Positions 49,343 to 59,023 of a DNA stretch of 64,000 bases are shown here, one piece after another. How positions within the stretch are numbered: the first letter of the stretch is position 1; every line of letters starts with the position of its first letter. The translations under genes were made by a program, and so were the position numbers. A model generated the notes under the pieces. That model did no database searches. It had not been told where the DNA came from and saw only the letters and a program-made list of their open reading frames with translations. This DNA comes from an uncultured Pseudomonadota bacterium. Its GTDB lineage: Bacteria; Desulfobacterota; Binatia; Binatales; Binataceae. The stretch is from positions 135,773 to 199,772 of the forward strand of contig CAWDWL010000002.1 in NCBI GenBank assembly GCA_963805995.1, read 5' to 3'.

Positions 49343-51238
49343 TTACTGGGGTTCGTTGCGCTTGACCGGTGGCCGCCGCACGTCCACCAGCCGGCCCTCG
49401 AGTTCGTCGAGGATCCTGCGCACCATCGGATCGGCGAACAGCTCCTTGCGTGCGGTTTCCCGATCGATCGGCTCTCCGTTAGACGCGCCCGCTTCCGGAG
49501 CTGTCGCGGCATTCGCCATCGCGCTTTGGAAGTCGCCCTTCTGGGGCGCGGCAGGCGCGGGCGCGGCGGCTGTCGGCGCGACGGCCTTTTCCTGGGTTTC
49601 CGGCTGAGCCGGCGACGGCGTGGAATTCTCGGCCGCCGGCGCGGGTTGCCCCAGCTCGACTTTGATCGGCCGCCCGTAATGTTCTGAGGCGAGTGCGGCA
49701 ATCGATCCTTTGTTGTCGTTGAGATAGCGCACGTAAATGTCGTTGCGCGGAACGACTTCCAGGATATCGCCGTTGAGTTCCAGGGCCGCTCCCAACTCCA
49801 TGAAGCCCGCCAGCGCCGCCTTCTTCTGGCGGATGTAGCTTCTCAGATCCGGCAGGTCGCCGCCGCCATTCGCGGAGTCATCGGGGCTGGAGGAGCGGCC
49901 CGGATCGGCGGCAGTGTCCGGCCGCGGCTCCTCGTTGCGCGTGCTTTTGCGCAACGGCGCGTCGGCTTTGACCTCGCCTTCGATCTTCAGCCGCCGTGCC
50001 GGGGCCGGGGATGAAGCCGGTTGGGGTGGCATTGACGCCGGCCGCGGCCCCGAGACCGGACCACCGCCCGAGGCGGGTGGCGTGCCGCCCAGAGCCTTCA
50101 CGGCGCGAGCCAGTTCGTCGCCATCGATGACCGGCGCCAGGGTCGCCATCCGCACCACCGCCATTTCGAGCAACAGGTCCGCGTAGGGCGAGCGCAGGAC
50201 TTCCTCCTGCGCCTGGGCCATCAACCGGAACAGACGCATCAAATCGCGCATCGACGGCGCCTGGGCGAGCTTGCGGAGAGTGGCGGCCTCGTGGTCGGGC
50301 AAATCGGAAAGCGGGGTAATCGCGCCCAACTGCGGGAGTTTGGCGGCCGCCAGGTTGCGCAGAACCTCGAGCAAATCGCGCCCGAGTCCCTGCAGATTGG
50401 CGCCGCGGCTGTGGAGTTCGCGCACCGTGGCCAAGGCCGTCGCGGCGTCCTTACTGAGAATCGCCTCGGCCAGAGCATAGATCTTGGAGCGGCTGGCGAC
50501 GCCCAGGGAATCTGCCACCAGGCTCTCGGTTACCGCGCCGGAGGCCAGCGCGAACGCCGTCTCCAGCATCCGTTCCGCGTCGCGCATGCTGCCTTCGGCC
50601 TCGCGCGCCAGCATTCCCAGGGCGCCGTCGTCGGCCTCAATACCTTCGCGGCGGGCCAGCTCGCGCAGGCGCTCCAGTACAACCGCGAACGGAATCCGGC
50701 GGAAATCGTAACGCTGCAGCCGCGACAGGATGGTTTCGGGCACCTTCTGCGGCTCGGTCGTCGCGAGGATGAACTTGATATGCGGAGGCGGCTCTTCCAG
50801 CGTCTTGAGCAGGGCGTTGAAGGCCTGATCGGTTAGCTGATGGGCCTCGTCGATGATGTAAATCTTGAAGCGGTCGCGGGCCGGGCGATAACTGAGATTC
50901 TCGATAATGGTGCGGGCGTCGTCGATTTTCCGATAGGTGGCGCCGTCGATCTCGACCACGTCCAGGGCGCGGCCCTGGCGGATTTCGACACAGGCCGCGC
51001 ATTCGCCGCAGGGTTCCGCGGTCGGACCTTTTTCACAGTTAAGACATCGCGCCAGGATGCGCGCGGCGGTGGTTTTGCCGACTCCGCGGATGCCGGTGAA
51101 CAGAAACGCGTGAGCGATACGGCCGCTGCTCAGCGCCTGCGCCAGCGTGCGCGTCACGGACTCCTGCCCGACTAAATCGGAGAAGCGCTCCGGGCGCCAT
51201 TTGCGCGCCAGAACCAGATGTGAGGCTGTGTCCGCCAT
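49343..51238 (-). CDS. dnaX: DNA polymerase III subunit gamma/tau
   Basis: …GIRGVGKTTAARILARCLNC… Walker A, zinc module CEKGPTAEPCGECAAC, AAA+ boxes; Pro/Ala-rich linker. Confidence 0.9.
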   Translation of the reverse strand: MADTASHLVLARKWRPERFSDLVGQESVTRTLAQALSSGRIAHAFLFTGIRGVGKTTAARILARCLNCEKGPTAEPCGECAACVEIRQGRALDVVEIDGATYRKIDDARTIIENLSYRPARDRFKIYIIDEAHQLTDQAFNALLKTLEEPPPHIKFILATTEPQKVPETILSRLQRYDFRRIPFAVVLERLRELARREGIEADDGALGMLAREAEGSMRDAERMLETAFALASGAVTESLVADSLGVASRSKIYALAEAILSKDAATALATVRELHSRGANLQGLGRDLLEVLRNLAAAKLPQLGAITPLSDLPDHEAATLRKLAQAPSMRDLMRLFRLMAQAQEEVLRSPYADLLLEMAVVRMATLAPVIDGDELARAVKALGGTPPASGGGPVSGPRPASMPPQPASSPAPARRLKIEGEVKADAPLRKSTRNEEPRPDTAADPGRSSSPDDSANGGGDLPDLRSYIRQKKAALAGFMELGAALELNGDILEVVPRNDIYVRYLNDNKGSIAALASEHYGRPIKVELGQPAPAAENSTPSPAQPETQEKAVAPTAAAPAPAAPQKGDFQSAMANAATAPEAGASNGEPIDRETARKELFADPMVRRILDELEGRLVDVRRPPVKRNEPQ

Positions 51239-51257
51239 CCCAAGCCCTTAAAATAAT

Positions 51258-51386
51258 GCTGCCCGCCGAATGATAGCTAGGCACCCCTGCGGCACAGAGA
51301 AGGGGTCGGTACCGTTGCTTCCTTCCGGACCTGGCGGGGTTCGCGACTTTCCCTTGCGCAGGACCCAGCTATCAGCGGCGGGCAGC
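51258..51386 (-). ncRNA. ffs: signal recognition particle RNA (small/4.5S type)
   Basis: Minus-strand RNA contains the universal domain IV motif AGGUCCGGAAGGAAGCA; 5' end gcugcccgccgcugauagcu pairs with 3' end agcuaucauucggcgggcagc; position upstream of dnaX as in many bacteria; boundaries +/-10 nt. Confidence 0.8.
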
Positions 51387-51579
51387 GAGTCCGGAAGCTC
51401 ACTCAATGTATATCACACGGCGATTGTTGCAACCGTCTGGAAGTTATCGTTGCATTGGAAGGCCTTTTCACGGGCGGCGCGCCGTCCGGTCAGCGTCTCA
51501 TGGCCAGTTTTGAGAGATTCGCTTTGGGCGGCCGCGGCGTTCGTGCTAGATGGGCATCGGCAGGAGGCTTGGGATCGCA

Positions 51580-52368
51580 ATGGCTGAAGCGCTTTTCTCG
51601 TTGGCCGGAAAAATCGCGCTGGTAACCGGCGCCAGCAAGGAGATGGGCCAGGCGGTGGCCTATACGCTCGCGGAACATGGCGCCGACGTCGCGCTCACCG
51701 CGCGCACCGCCGCCCAGTTGGAGGAAATCGCCGAACGCATCCGCAAGCTCGGCCGCCGTACCGTGGCGATTCCCGCCGACCTCCGCAACATCGACGGGCT
51801 GGCGTCGATCGTCGAGCGGACGGTCAGAGAGTTGGGCGGCCTCGATATCCTGGTCAACCTTGCCGGTAGCAGCGAGTTCTCCGACTTCGGCTGGGCGCTC
51901 AACATGACTCAGCAGCAATGGGACAACATGGTGGACCTGAACCTCAAGGCGCCGATGTTCCTGTCGCAAGCGGCAGCCAGTGCGATGAAGGAGCGCGGCG
52001 GCGGCGCCATCGTCAACATCTCGTCGGGGGTGGCCAGCAGTCCGGCTCCGCGGATGAGCAACTACGGGGCGGCGAAGGCGGGGCTGGAGAATCTGTCCAA
52101 GACCCTGGCGATGGAGTGGGCGCGCTTCGGCATCCGCGTCAACGTCGTGGTTCCCGGCGTGGTTGACGTCGAGCATACGCGCAAGGGCACTTACAACACG
52201 CCCGAACGCGAAGCGCAGATGCTCAAGGCGATGCCGCTGGGAAAATTCGGCGAACCGATGGATATCGCGGGTGCGGTGCTCTACATGGTGTCGCCGGCCG
52301 CGCAATGGGTCACCGGAGCGATCCTGCACGTCGACGGCGGCAGCACCAACGCGCGCCCTTTCGGCTAA
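51580..52368 (+). CDS. SDR-family oxidoreductase (3-oxoacyl-ACP-reductase-like)
   Basis: …KIALVTGASKEMGQAVAYTL…, …NISSGVASS…YGAAKAGLENLSK… S-Y-K catalytic triad. Confidence 0.85.
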   Translation: MAEALFSLAGKIALVTGASKEMGQAVAYTLAEHGADVALTARTAAQLEEIAERIRKLGRRTVAIPADLRNIDGLASIVERTVRELGGLDILVNLAGSSEFSDFGWALNMTQQQWDNMVDLNLKAPMFLSQAAASAMKERGGGAIVNISSGVASSPAPRMSNYGAAKAGLENLSKTLAMEWARFGIRVNVVVPGVVDVEHTRKGTYNTPEREAQMLKAMPLGKFGEPMDIAGAVLYMVSPAAQWVTGAILHVDGGSTNARPFG

Positions 52369-52382
52369 GCGCGGCCGTCAAT

Positions 52383-53153
52383 TCAATTCGAAGTACGGGG
52401 CCTGTGTCCAATCTTGACTGACGGCCCCACGCGTCCGCGCATTTTGCGCTCGTATCTGGCCCGCTCGCGGGCCGCACGTTGTGGGCCATGGTTTTCGCGG
52501 TATTTGCGGCTTGCCATCTTGTTGGCGCATCGATGGCCGCAATAGGTTTGGTTCTCGCGCGCCGCGAAGAACACCCGCCGGCAGCTTTGCTCGGCACAAC
52601 GCCTGACGCGCAACGCGGCCTCGACGTTTTCATATAAGTCGTCCAGGCCCACCCGCAGCAGCGCATCGATCAGGCTGGCATCGCGATAGCTGAGCGCCCG
52701 GCCACCCTCCGCGCCCAGCCGGCCGGCATCGAGGATCACGCTGCCCGCCTTGTATCGGATCTCGAAGCGCCGGCGATCGGCGACGGCTTCCAGCAACTCG
52801 CCCAGGCGCGCGATCAGTTTCTGCAGAGCGGCGGGGTCTTTGTCCAACGATGCCACCTCGGCGTTGAGCGGTTCGTCCGGTTCCAGGTCCAGCCACCGGC
52901 GCAGGTCGTAAACCAGATTGGGCAGGTCGCCGGGGCGGCCTTGTTTAAGACGCTCGACATCGGTTCCGGCGAAACCGACCAGCCACGGGACAATTTCCTC
53001 CCTCGGCATCGCCTGGGGTCGCGAGGCACTTATCGGCCGCTGCCCAGCGAGGTTCTTTTTGAACTGCGCCATTGGCACCTGAAAGTAGCGTTCGAATAAC
53101 AAATCCTCTTGCAATAGGCAAATGCTCTCGCCAGATGTTTGCTGTCTGGCCAT
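52383..53153 (-). CDS. ABATE-domain / CGNR zinc-finger protein (putative stress-responsive regulator)
   Basis: C-terminal …CAEQSCRRVFFAARENQTYCGHRCANKMASRKYR… = zf-CGNR-type motif (CGHR variant). Confidence 0.75.
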   Translation of the reverse strand: MARQQTSGESICLLQEDLLFERYFQVPMAQFKKNLAGQRPISASRPQAMPREEIVPWLVGFAGTDVERLKQGRPGDLPNLVYDLRRWLDLEPDEPLNAEVASLDKDPAALQKLIARLGELLEAVADRRRFEIRYKAGSVILDAGRLGAEGGRALSYRDASLIDALLRVGLDDLYENVEAALRVRRCAEQSCRRVFFAARENQTYCGHRCANKMASRKYRENHGPQRAARERARYERKMRGRVGPSVKIGHRPRTSN

Positions 53154-53209
53154 ATAAATTTTGAATTATCCTATTGCCAGAAAAACACCGGCGGATATGA
53201 TGCCTTCAG

Positions 53210-53836
53210 GTGAACCTGATGCTGAATCCGGGAAAAAGCGACGGGGCCTTTTCGCTGACGCAAAACGCCCTTAACCAGTGCCCCGAGTGCGGGACTGGCC
53301 GGGGCCGGGGAATCAGGAGACTGTTGAAATTGTTGCGTGGCGCGCTGCTAATCGCGGTCCTGATCCTGGATATTTATCTTTCCGCCAAGGCAATTCCCGC
53401 TCTCTGGTCAGTTTTTCACGAACGTTCACAACCAACCCCTGTACCGCTTATGAACATTAAATTCGACTCTTTACCCGATCAGATGACCGTTCGCGTCTTC
53501 CTGGTGGCGCAGAAAAACCAACGTTACGACACGCTGGGCGACTGGATTTGGACAGAAACCGGACTGGATATCCGGCTGAGCCGGGAATTCGCGCAACAGG
53601 ACCCGCGCTATGGCGCGCTGCTACTGGTGCACGAGTTCGTTGAGGCGATGCTATGCCGGATTACCGGGGTCTCGACCCGGCAGGTCGACACATTTGACAT
53701 GTCCTTTACGGGAGATGGCGAGCCGGGAGACGACCCGTCAGCTCCTTACCATCGTCAGCATCGGGCGGCTGAAGCAGCCGAGCGCGCGCTGGCGGCCGAA
53801 CTCGGCGTCAACTGGCGCCGATACCTTCGTGACTAG
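53210..53836 (+). CDS. hypothetical protein (N-terminal CPECG zinc-ribbon-like motif plus one TM helix; conserved-looking C-terminal 128 aa; alternative start 53450)
   Basis: ORF divergent from the CGNR gene; no family recognised. Confidence 0.45.
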   Translation: MNLMLNPGKSDGAFSLTQNALNQCPECGTGRGRGIRRLLKLLRGALLIAVLILDIYLSAKAIPALWSVFHERSQPTPVPLMNIKFDSLPDQMTVRVFLVAQKNQRYDTLGDWIWTETGLDIRLSREFAQQDPRYGALLLVHEFVEAMLCRITGVSTRQVDTFDMSFTGDGEPGDDPSAPYHRQHRAAEAAERALAAELGVNWRRYLRD

Positions 53837-53906
53837 AACGGTGGTTTTCCGCGGCTAGCCCGCTGGGCCGCATGCAAAAGTTTCGCACCAAAAAGGAGGA
53901 AGGCTA

Positions 53907-54269
53907 GTGTTGTCAAAAGGGGGAACTAGCCCGAGTAAGCACAAGTCAAGCGCCCAAAGCGCCGGTGGCAGAAAGCGCGGCCATGGCGAGGGTCCCGATT
54001 GGCGGGCTTCGACCGGCGCAGGGCAATCGACCCAGCGCAATCGTTCCGAGATCTACTCGCTGGTTACCAGCACGGATTTGGCGTTACTCGCCACGCTGAT
54101 CCACGACGCGATTGGTCACCTGATGAACGCCATCGACAAGGCCGCCAAAGTGCAGGAACCGATCGATCGAATCGCCGACGCAATGGAAGCGACCGCGGCA
54201 CACATCAAAAGCGCCGTTCGATGCCGCGGCATAGGGCAGCTTGCGGCCGGAAAATCACGAGGTCGATGA
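53907..54269 (+). CDS. hypothetical small protein (120 aa)
   Basis: GTG start preceded by AAGGAGGA at ideal spacing; no family recognised. Confidence 0.4.
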   Translation: MLSKGGTSPSKHKSSAQSAGGRKRGHGEGPDWRASTGAGQSTQRNRSEIYSLVTSTDLALLATLIHDAIGHLMNAIDKAAKVQEPIDRIADAMEATAAHIKSAVRCRGIGQLAAGKSRGR

Positions 54270-54311
54270 ATGCAAAACGCCAATTCAAACCAAACTGCGC
54301 GAGAACGTCAC

Positions 54312-56543
54312 CTAGATCACTTCGACAGTGACGGAGCCGCGATTTTCAATTACTTCGACCGCGGAGATCGGAGCGCGCCGGACCAGCAGCGAAACCGCGC
54401 CATCGCCCACCCGGAGATTCTTTATCTCCAGCCAGTCCAGCCATTGAGGCAGCGCCGGCGAGTCCATTATCAGCTTGCGATCGAAACCCATCACGCGCAT
54501 CCCCAGCATCGCTTGCAGGATCATGAAAACGCTGGCCGCCGACCAGGCTTGGGGATGGCAGGCGACGGGGTAAGGGACTGGACCGAGCCGCTCTTCACGA
54601 GGGAATCCGCAAAACAGCTCCGGCAGGCTTCCGGTCTCGAGATTGACGGCGGCGTCCAGCAGCCCCTGCATGATCCGCGGCACCCCCTGGCGCCCCGGTA
54701 TGCGCGAGAGGCCCAAAGCGGCGACGGCATTGTCGTGCGGCCAGATGGAACCGTTATGGTAGCTCATCGGATTGTAGCGACGCTCGCGCGAACTCAAAGT
54801 TCTCACGCCCCATCCGGTAAACATTTCCTCACTCAGCAACCGCTCGGAAAGCGCGCTTGCCTGATCGGCGTCAAGCAGGCCGGTCGCCAAACAGTGGGCC
54901 GCATTGGAGGCCATCACCCGACACGGACGCTTGTCGCCGTCCAGTGCAAGCGCGACCGTGCGCTCCGGTTCAAGCCAGAAGTCGCGTGAAAACGCTGACT
55001 TCAGCGCTGCCGCCCGTTCGATCAGACGGTCGGCCTGCTCGCGATGGCCCAGACGCCTGGCTACGTCCGCGATTGAGCGGTAGGCGGCGTAAACGTAGCC
55101 CTGGACCTCGCACAGCGCGATCGGCGGCTCAGCGAGGGTACCGTCGGCGTGCGAAATCGCATCAAAGGAATCTTTCCAACCCTGGTTGGCGAGGCCGCGC
55201 GGCGTTTCGCGCAGGTACTCGACGTACATATCACCGTCGCGATCGCCCCATTTTTCAATCCAATCCAGCGCCCGTTGCACGTTGCTCCACAGCTGCGCCG
55301 CCAGACCCAGATCGCCGGTGACCGCCACGTATTGACCCAGCAGCCAGAGGAATAGCGGGGTCGAATCGACGCTCCCATAATAGCGGCCAAAGGGCACCTC
55401 CCCGGTGGCCGCCATTTCGCCGCGCCGGACCTCGTGCACGATCTTTCCGGGCTGTTCATCGCGATCCTGGTTGACTTCGGAGCCTTGAAGGCCGGCCAGC
55501 GTCCTGAGCGTGCCGGCCGCGATCGCCGGATTGAACGGCAGGGCGGATAGCGCGGTCATAATGCTGTCACGCCCAAACAGAGTGGCGAACCACGGAATCC
55601 CCGCCATCATGAACGTGCCTTCGGGCCCGTCTCTGATAATCGAGGTGAGGTCGGCGCACGAGCGGCGCAGCAGCGTATCCATCAGCTCATTGCTCGCGGT
55701 AATCCCGCTCCATCCCGCATCGAAACCAGCTATCTCGGACCGGCGCGCCGCCAGGCCTTGCTCAAAGCGGAGCGGATACGTGCTGCGCTCCGGTGCGGGC
55801 GCATCCTCGCATCCCCCGGTTACTCGAACCTCGAGCTCCTTGTGCTCGTCGGGTTCGAGGGCAAGCAGGAAGGAAGCGCGGCGGCCGTCCAGCGCGTGCG
55901 GCCCCGGCTCGAAGACCATCTCAGTGAAGCGCCCGACGCCGTCGAGGCCGAGGTAGGCGAAACGGACAGTGTTGGCGCCCACCCGCGGTTGCGAAGCGCT
56001 GCCCCGCTGGGCGCGCTTGAGGCCGCGCACCTCGAAGAGATCGGCGAAATCCGCGCCGAAGACAAAATCCAGCGCGATCTCCGTCTGCACACGGGCGTAA
56101 TTTCGAACCGCGACCTTGTGGAAGATCGAAGCACCGCACAGCACCCAGTTACGCTCAATCTGGATGGAGTTGCGCGGCAACTCGATGGTCTCGCCCTTCA
56201 CGCCCAGGTCCGGATTGCTAAGATTGATTCTAAGCTGGGCGTTGTCACTGCTGGTGTAGGAATTAAGATAGTATGGGGTCTCGCCCGCGACCTTCAGTTC
56301 GAAGCGGCTCAGATAGCGCGTGTCGCGATGGAAAAAGCCCAGCGCTTCAAGTGGAGATTCGATTAAATCGCCGCCGACTTCGAAGACCGCAAAGCTTTCG
56401 CCGCCGGCCAAAACTCGGGTCGCGCGCCGCGAGCTTAGCGACGAGGCCAGTACGTAGAAATCAGCCCCGATCTTGATTACGGTCCGGATTTGCTCGCGCG
56501 ACTTTCCCCGGCTTGATGTTCGCACGCCATTGCGCTCTTTCAC
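54312..56543 (-). CDS. amylo-alpha-1,6-glucosidase / glycogen debranching enzyme family (GDE N-terminal plus six-hairpin glycosidase C-terminal domain)
   Basis: 743 aa; …GIPWFATLFGRDSIMTAL… GDE_C region; (alpha/alpha)6-barrel-like C-terminal half. Confidence 0.85.
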   Translation of the reverse strand: MKERNGVRTSSRGKSREQIRTVIKIGADFYVLASSLSSRRATRVLAGGESFAVFEVGGDLIESPLEALGFFHRDTRYLSRFELKVAGETPYYLNSYTSSDNAQLRINLSNPDLGVKGETIELPRNSIQIERNWVLCGASIFHKVAVRNYARVQTEIALDFVFGADFADLFEVRGLKRAQRGSASQPRVGANTVRFAYLGLDGVGRFTEMVFEPGPHALDGRRASFLLALEPDEHKELEVRVTGGCEDAPAPERSTYPLRFEQGLAARRSEIAGFDAGWSGITASNELMDTLLRRSCADLTSIIRDGPEGTFMMAGIPWFATLFGRDSIMTALSALPFNPAIAAGTLRTLAGLQGSEVNQDRDEQPGKIVHEVRRGEMAATGEVPFGRYYGSVDSTPLFLWLLGQYVAVTGDLGLAAQLWSNVQRALDWIEKWGDRDGDMYVEYLRETPRGLANQGWKDSFDAISHADGTLAEPPIALCEVQGYVYAAYRSIADVARRLGHREQADRLIERAAALKSAFSRDFWLEPERTVALALDGDKRPCRVMASNAAHCLATGLLDADQASALSERLLSEEMFTGWGVRTLSSRERRYNPMSYHNGSIWPHDNAVAALGLSRIPGRQGVPRIMQGLLDAAVNLETGSLPELFCGFPREERLGPVPYPVACHPQAWSAASVFMILQAMLGMRVMGFDRKLIMDSPALPQWLDWLEIKNLRVGDGAVSLLVRRAPISAVEVIENRGSVTVEVI

Positions 56544-57015
56544 GCAGAGTTTCTCCCCTGGCCTTCCTGTGCTGGCCGCACTTTTGGATCTCGCCCTTGG
56601 CTAGCTAAGTCCCGATCGGTTGATCGTAGATTCGTTCTTACTCGATTGCCATCACCTTGGCGGTGAAAGGGCGCTCAAAGTCGTCGCGGCAATCCTTTCT
56701 TTGCTATTTCGGTCTTGCGCACGGGATCGGGAGCACGTCCAAACCCCGGCCATGAACCCGGTCTCGCGCCGCCAGAAGGTCACGGAACGCAGCCGCATGG
56801 CGGGGCAACCGCGGCGTGCCAAGACCCCATCATGCCAACACCAAGGTTCGGGCCAGTCAATCGAAAATCGGACCCCGCGTATCCTATTTTCTCATCGTTC
56901 CGATGCGCCCCTACAGGCTTTTTGAAGATCGTGTTACCGGCGGCCGCGGGGTTTCATCACTAGCTCTAAAAGTTCACACTAAATCCAGGTGGGCGCGGTC
57001 TCGCAAGGTGAGCGG

Positions 57016-57894
57016 ATGGCTTCGAGCAAAGAACTCCTGACCCTGGGTCTGGTCCAGATGACCTGCGTCGCGCAACCGCGCCTTAACCTGGAAAAGGCGC
57101 TGGCCCGGGTCGAAGAGGCGGCTGCGCGCGGCGCGCAGGTGATCTGTCTGCAGGAACTGTTCGCCTCGCTGTATTTTTGTCAGACCGAAGACATCGCCAG
57201 GTTCGAGCTCGCCGAGTCGATTCCGGGACCGAGCACTGCGGCGCTGGGAAAGCTCGCCGCCGCGCGCCAGGTGGTAATCGTCGCCTCGCTGTTCGAGCGG
57301 CGCGCCGCCGGGGTGTATCACAACACCGCGGTCGTGCTCGACGCCAACGGTGCGATTGCCGGGCGCTACCGCAAGATGCATATCCCCGACGATCCGCGAT
57401 TCTACGAAAAGTTCTATTTTACTCCCGGAGACCTGGGCTTCCTCGCTCATCCGACCGCCTATGGCCCGCTGGGCGTACTGGTATGCTGGGATCAATGGTT
57501 TCCCGAGGCGGCGCGGCTTACCGCGATGAGCGGCGCGCCGGTGCTGTTCTATCCGACCGCGATCGGCTGGGACCTCAGCGAAGTGCCGTCGGTGCGCGCG
57601 CGCCAGCTCGCCGCATGGGAAACGGTGCAGCGCGGTCACGCGATCGCCAACGGGGTCTTTGTCGCGGCGATCAACCGGGTGGGGATCGAGGACGGCCTGG
57701 AGTTCTGGGGTAATTCATTCGTGTGCGACCCGTTGGGTGAAGTGATTGCGCGCGCCAGCGCCAGCGCTGAAGAAACCATGATCGTGGAATGCGATCTCAG
57801 CCTGGTTGAACAGACCCGGCGCAACTGGCCATTTCTGCGCGATCGCCGCATCGACGCCTACGGCGACCTGACCCGGCGTTTGCGCTCCGAATAG
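57016..57894 (+). CDS. aguB: N-carbamoylputrescine amidase (carbon-nitrogen hydrolase family)
   Basis: …LGLVQM… E-K-C triad region …GVLVCWDQWFPEAAR…; directly followed by agmatine deiminase. Confidence 0.85.
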   Translation: MASSKELLTLGLVQMTCVAQPRLNLEKALARVEEAAARGAQVICLQELFASLYFCQTEDIARFELAESIPGPSTAALGKLAAARQVVIVASLFERRAAGVYHNTAVVLDANGAIAGRYRKMHIPDDPRFYEKFYFTPGDLGFLAHPTAYGPLGVLVCWDQWFPEAARLTAMSGAPVLFYPTAIGWDLSEVPSVRARQLAAWETVQRGHAIANGVFVAAINRVGIEDGLEFWGNSFVCDPLGEVIARASASAEETMIVECDLSLVEQTRRNWPFLRDRRIDAYGDLTRRLRSE

Positions 57895-57903
57895 AGGGCC
57901 GCG

Positions 57904-58959
57904 TTGATCCCCGACGCGATTCGCCGGCGGATGGCGGGCTACCGGATGCCGGCCGAATGGGAGCCGCATCTGGCGACCTACATGACTTGGCCGCACAATC
58001 TGGAAACCTGGCCCGGCAAGTTCGATCCGGTGCCGGCGCAGTACGCCGCGGTGGTCGCGGGTTTGTCGCGGTTTGAAACGATGCGGCTGTTGGTCAAGGA
58101 TGCGGCGGCCGCGGTGCATGCCAGCGCGTTGGTGCAACAAGCCGACGCGCGCATCGACCGCGTTGAGTTTCTGACCCACGCCACCAACGACTCCTGGATT
58201 CGCGATTACGGACCGATCTTCGTGACTCGCGGCGACGCCTCCGGCGGCCGCACGCAGCTCGCGCTGGATTGGAAGTTCAATTCATGGGGCGAGAAGTATG
58301 GGCCTTACGATCTCGACGATCCAATTCCGCGGCGGCTGGCGGCCCAACTCGGATTTGACTGCCTCGAAGTGCCGATTGTGCTGGAGGGTGGCTCGATCGA
58401 AGTCAACGGCGCCGGATCACTACTAACCACGCAGTCCTGCCTGCTCAACCCCAATCGCAATCCGCGCCTGAGCAAGCAGGAAATCGAAGAATACCTGCGC
58501 GTCTTTCTTGGCGTCGGCAATATCCTTTGGCTTGGCGACGGTATCGCGGGCGACGACACCGATGGACACGTGGACGACCTCGCGCGCTTCGTCAGCCGCG
58601 ACACTATCGTGACCGTGATTGAGGACGATCGCGCCGACGACAACTTTGGGCCGCTGGCCGAAAACCTGGAGCGGCTGCGCGCGATGCGCGATCAGGACGG
58701 CCAGCCCTTTAGAATCGAGACGCTGCCGATGCCGCCCGCACTGTACCAAGACGGCCAGCGTCTGCCCGCCTCTTACGCCAACTTCTATATCGCCAACGGC
58801 GCGGTGATGGTGCCGATTTTTGGCTGCCCCGCGGACCAACAAGCGTTGGCGGTGCTCGCCCGGCTTTTTCCCGGCCGCGAGGTGCTTGGCTTTCCCTGCC
58901 TGGATCTGGTCTGGGGCCTGGGTACGATCCACTGCCTGTCACAGCAGCATCCGGCGTGA
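57904..58959 (+). CDS. aguA: agmatine deiminase (alternative ATG start at 57931)
   Basis: …RMPAEWEPH…, …WIRDYGPIFV…, C-terminal …GTIHCLSQQ… catalytic Cys of the PAD/agmatine deiminase family. Confidence 0.85.
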   Translation: MIPDAIRRRMAGYRMPAEWEPHLATYMTWPHNLETWPGKFDPVPAQYAAVVAGLSRFETMRLLVKDAAAAVHASALVQQADARIDRVEFLTHATNDSWIRDYGPIFVTRGDASGGRTQLALDWKFNSWGEKYGPYDLDDPIPRRLAAQLGFDCLEVPIVLEGGSIEVNGAGSLLTTQSCLLNPNRNPRLSKQEIEEYLRVFLGVGNILWLGDGIAGDDTDGHVDDLARFVSRDTIVTVIEDDRADDNFGPLAENLERLRAMRDQDGQPFRIETLPMPPALYQDGQRLPASYANFYIANGAVMVPIFGCPADQQALAVLARLFPGREVLGFPCLDLVWGLGTIHCLSQQHPA

Positions 58960-59023
58960 CCTCGAATACGCCGACCCCACTCGCCCAGCAACTTTCTGGT
59001 CATTAGCGTTTTCGTGACCCAGA

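Noticed and set aside
51020-51050. dnaX programmed -1 frameshift heptamer (GAAAAAG)
   Set aside because: The heptamer is out of phase with the dnaX frame (GAA AAA GGT) and lies at codon about 65, far from the conserved tau/gamma frameshift site.
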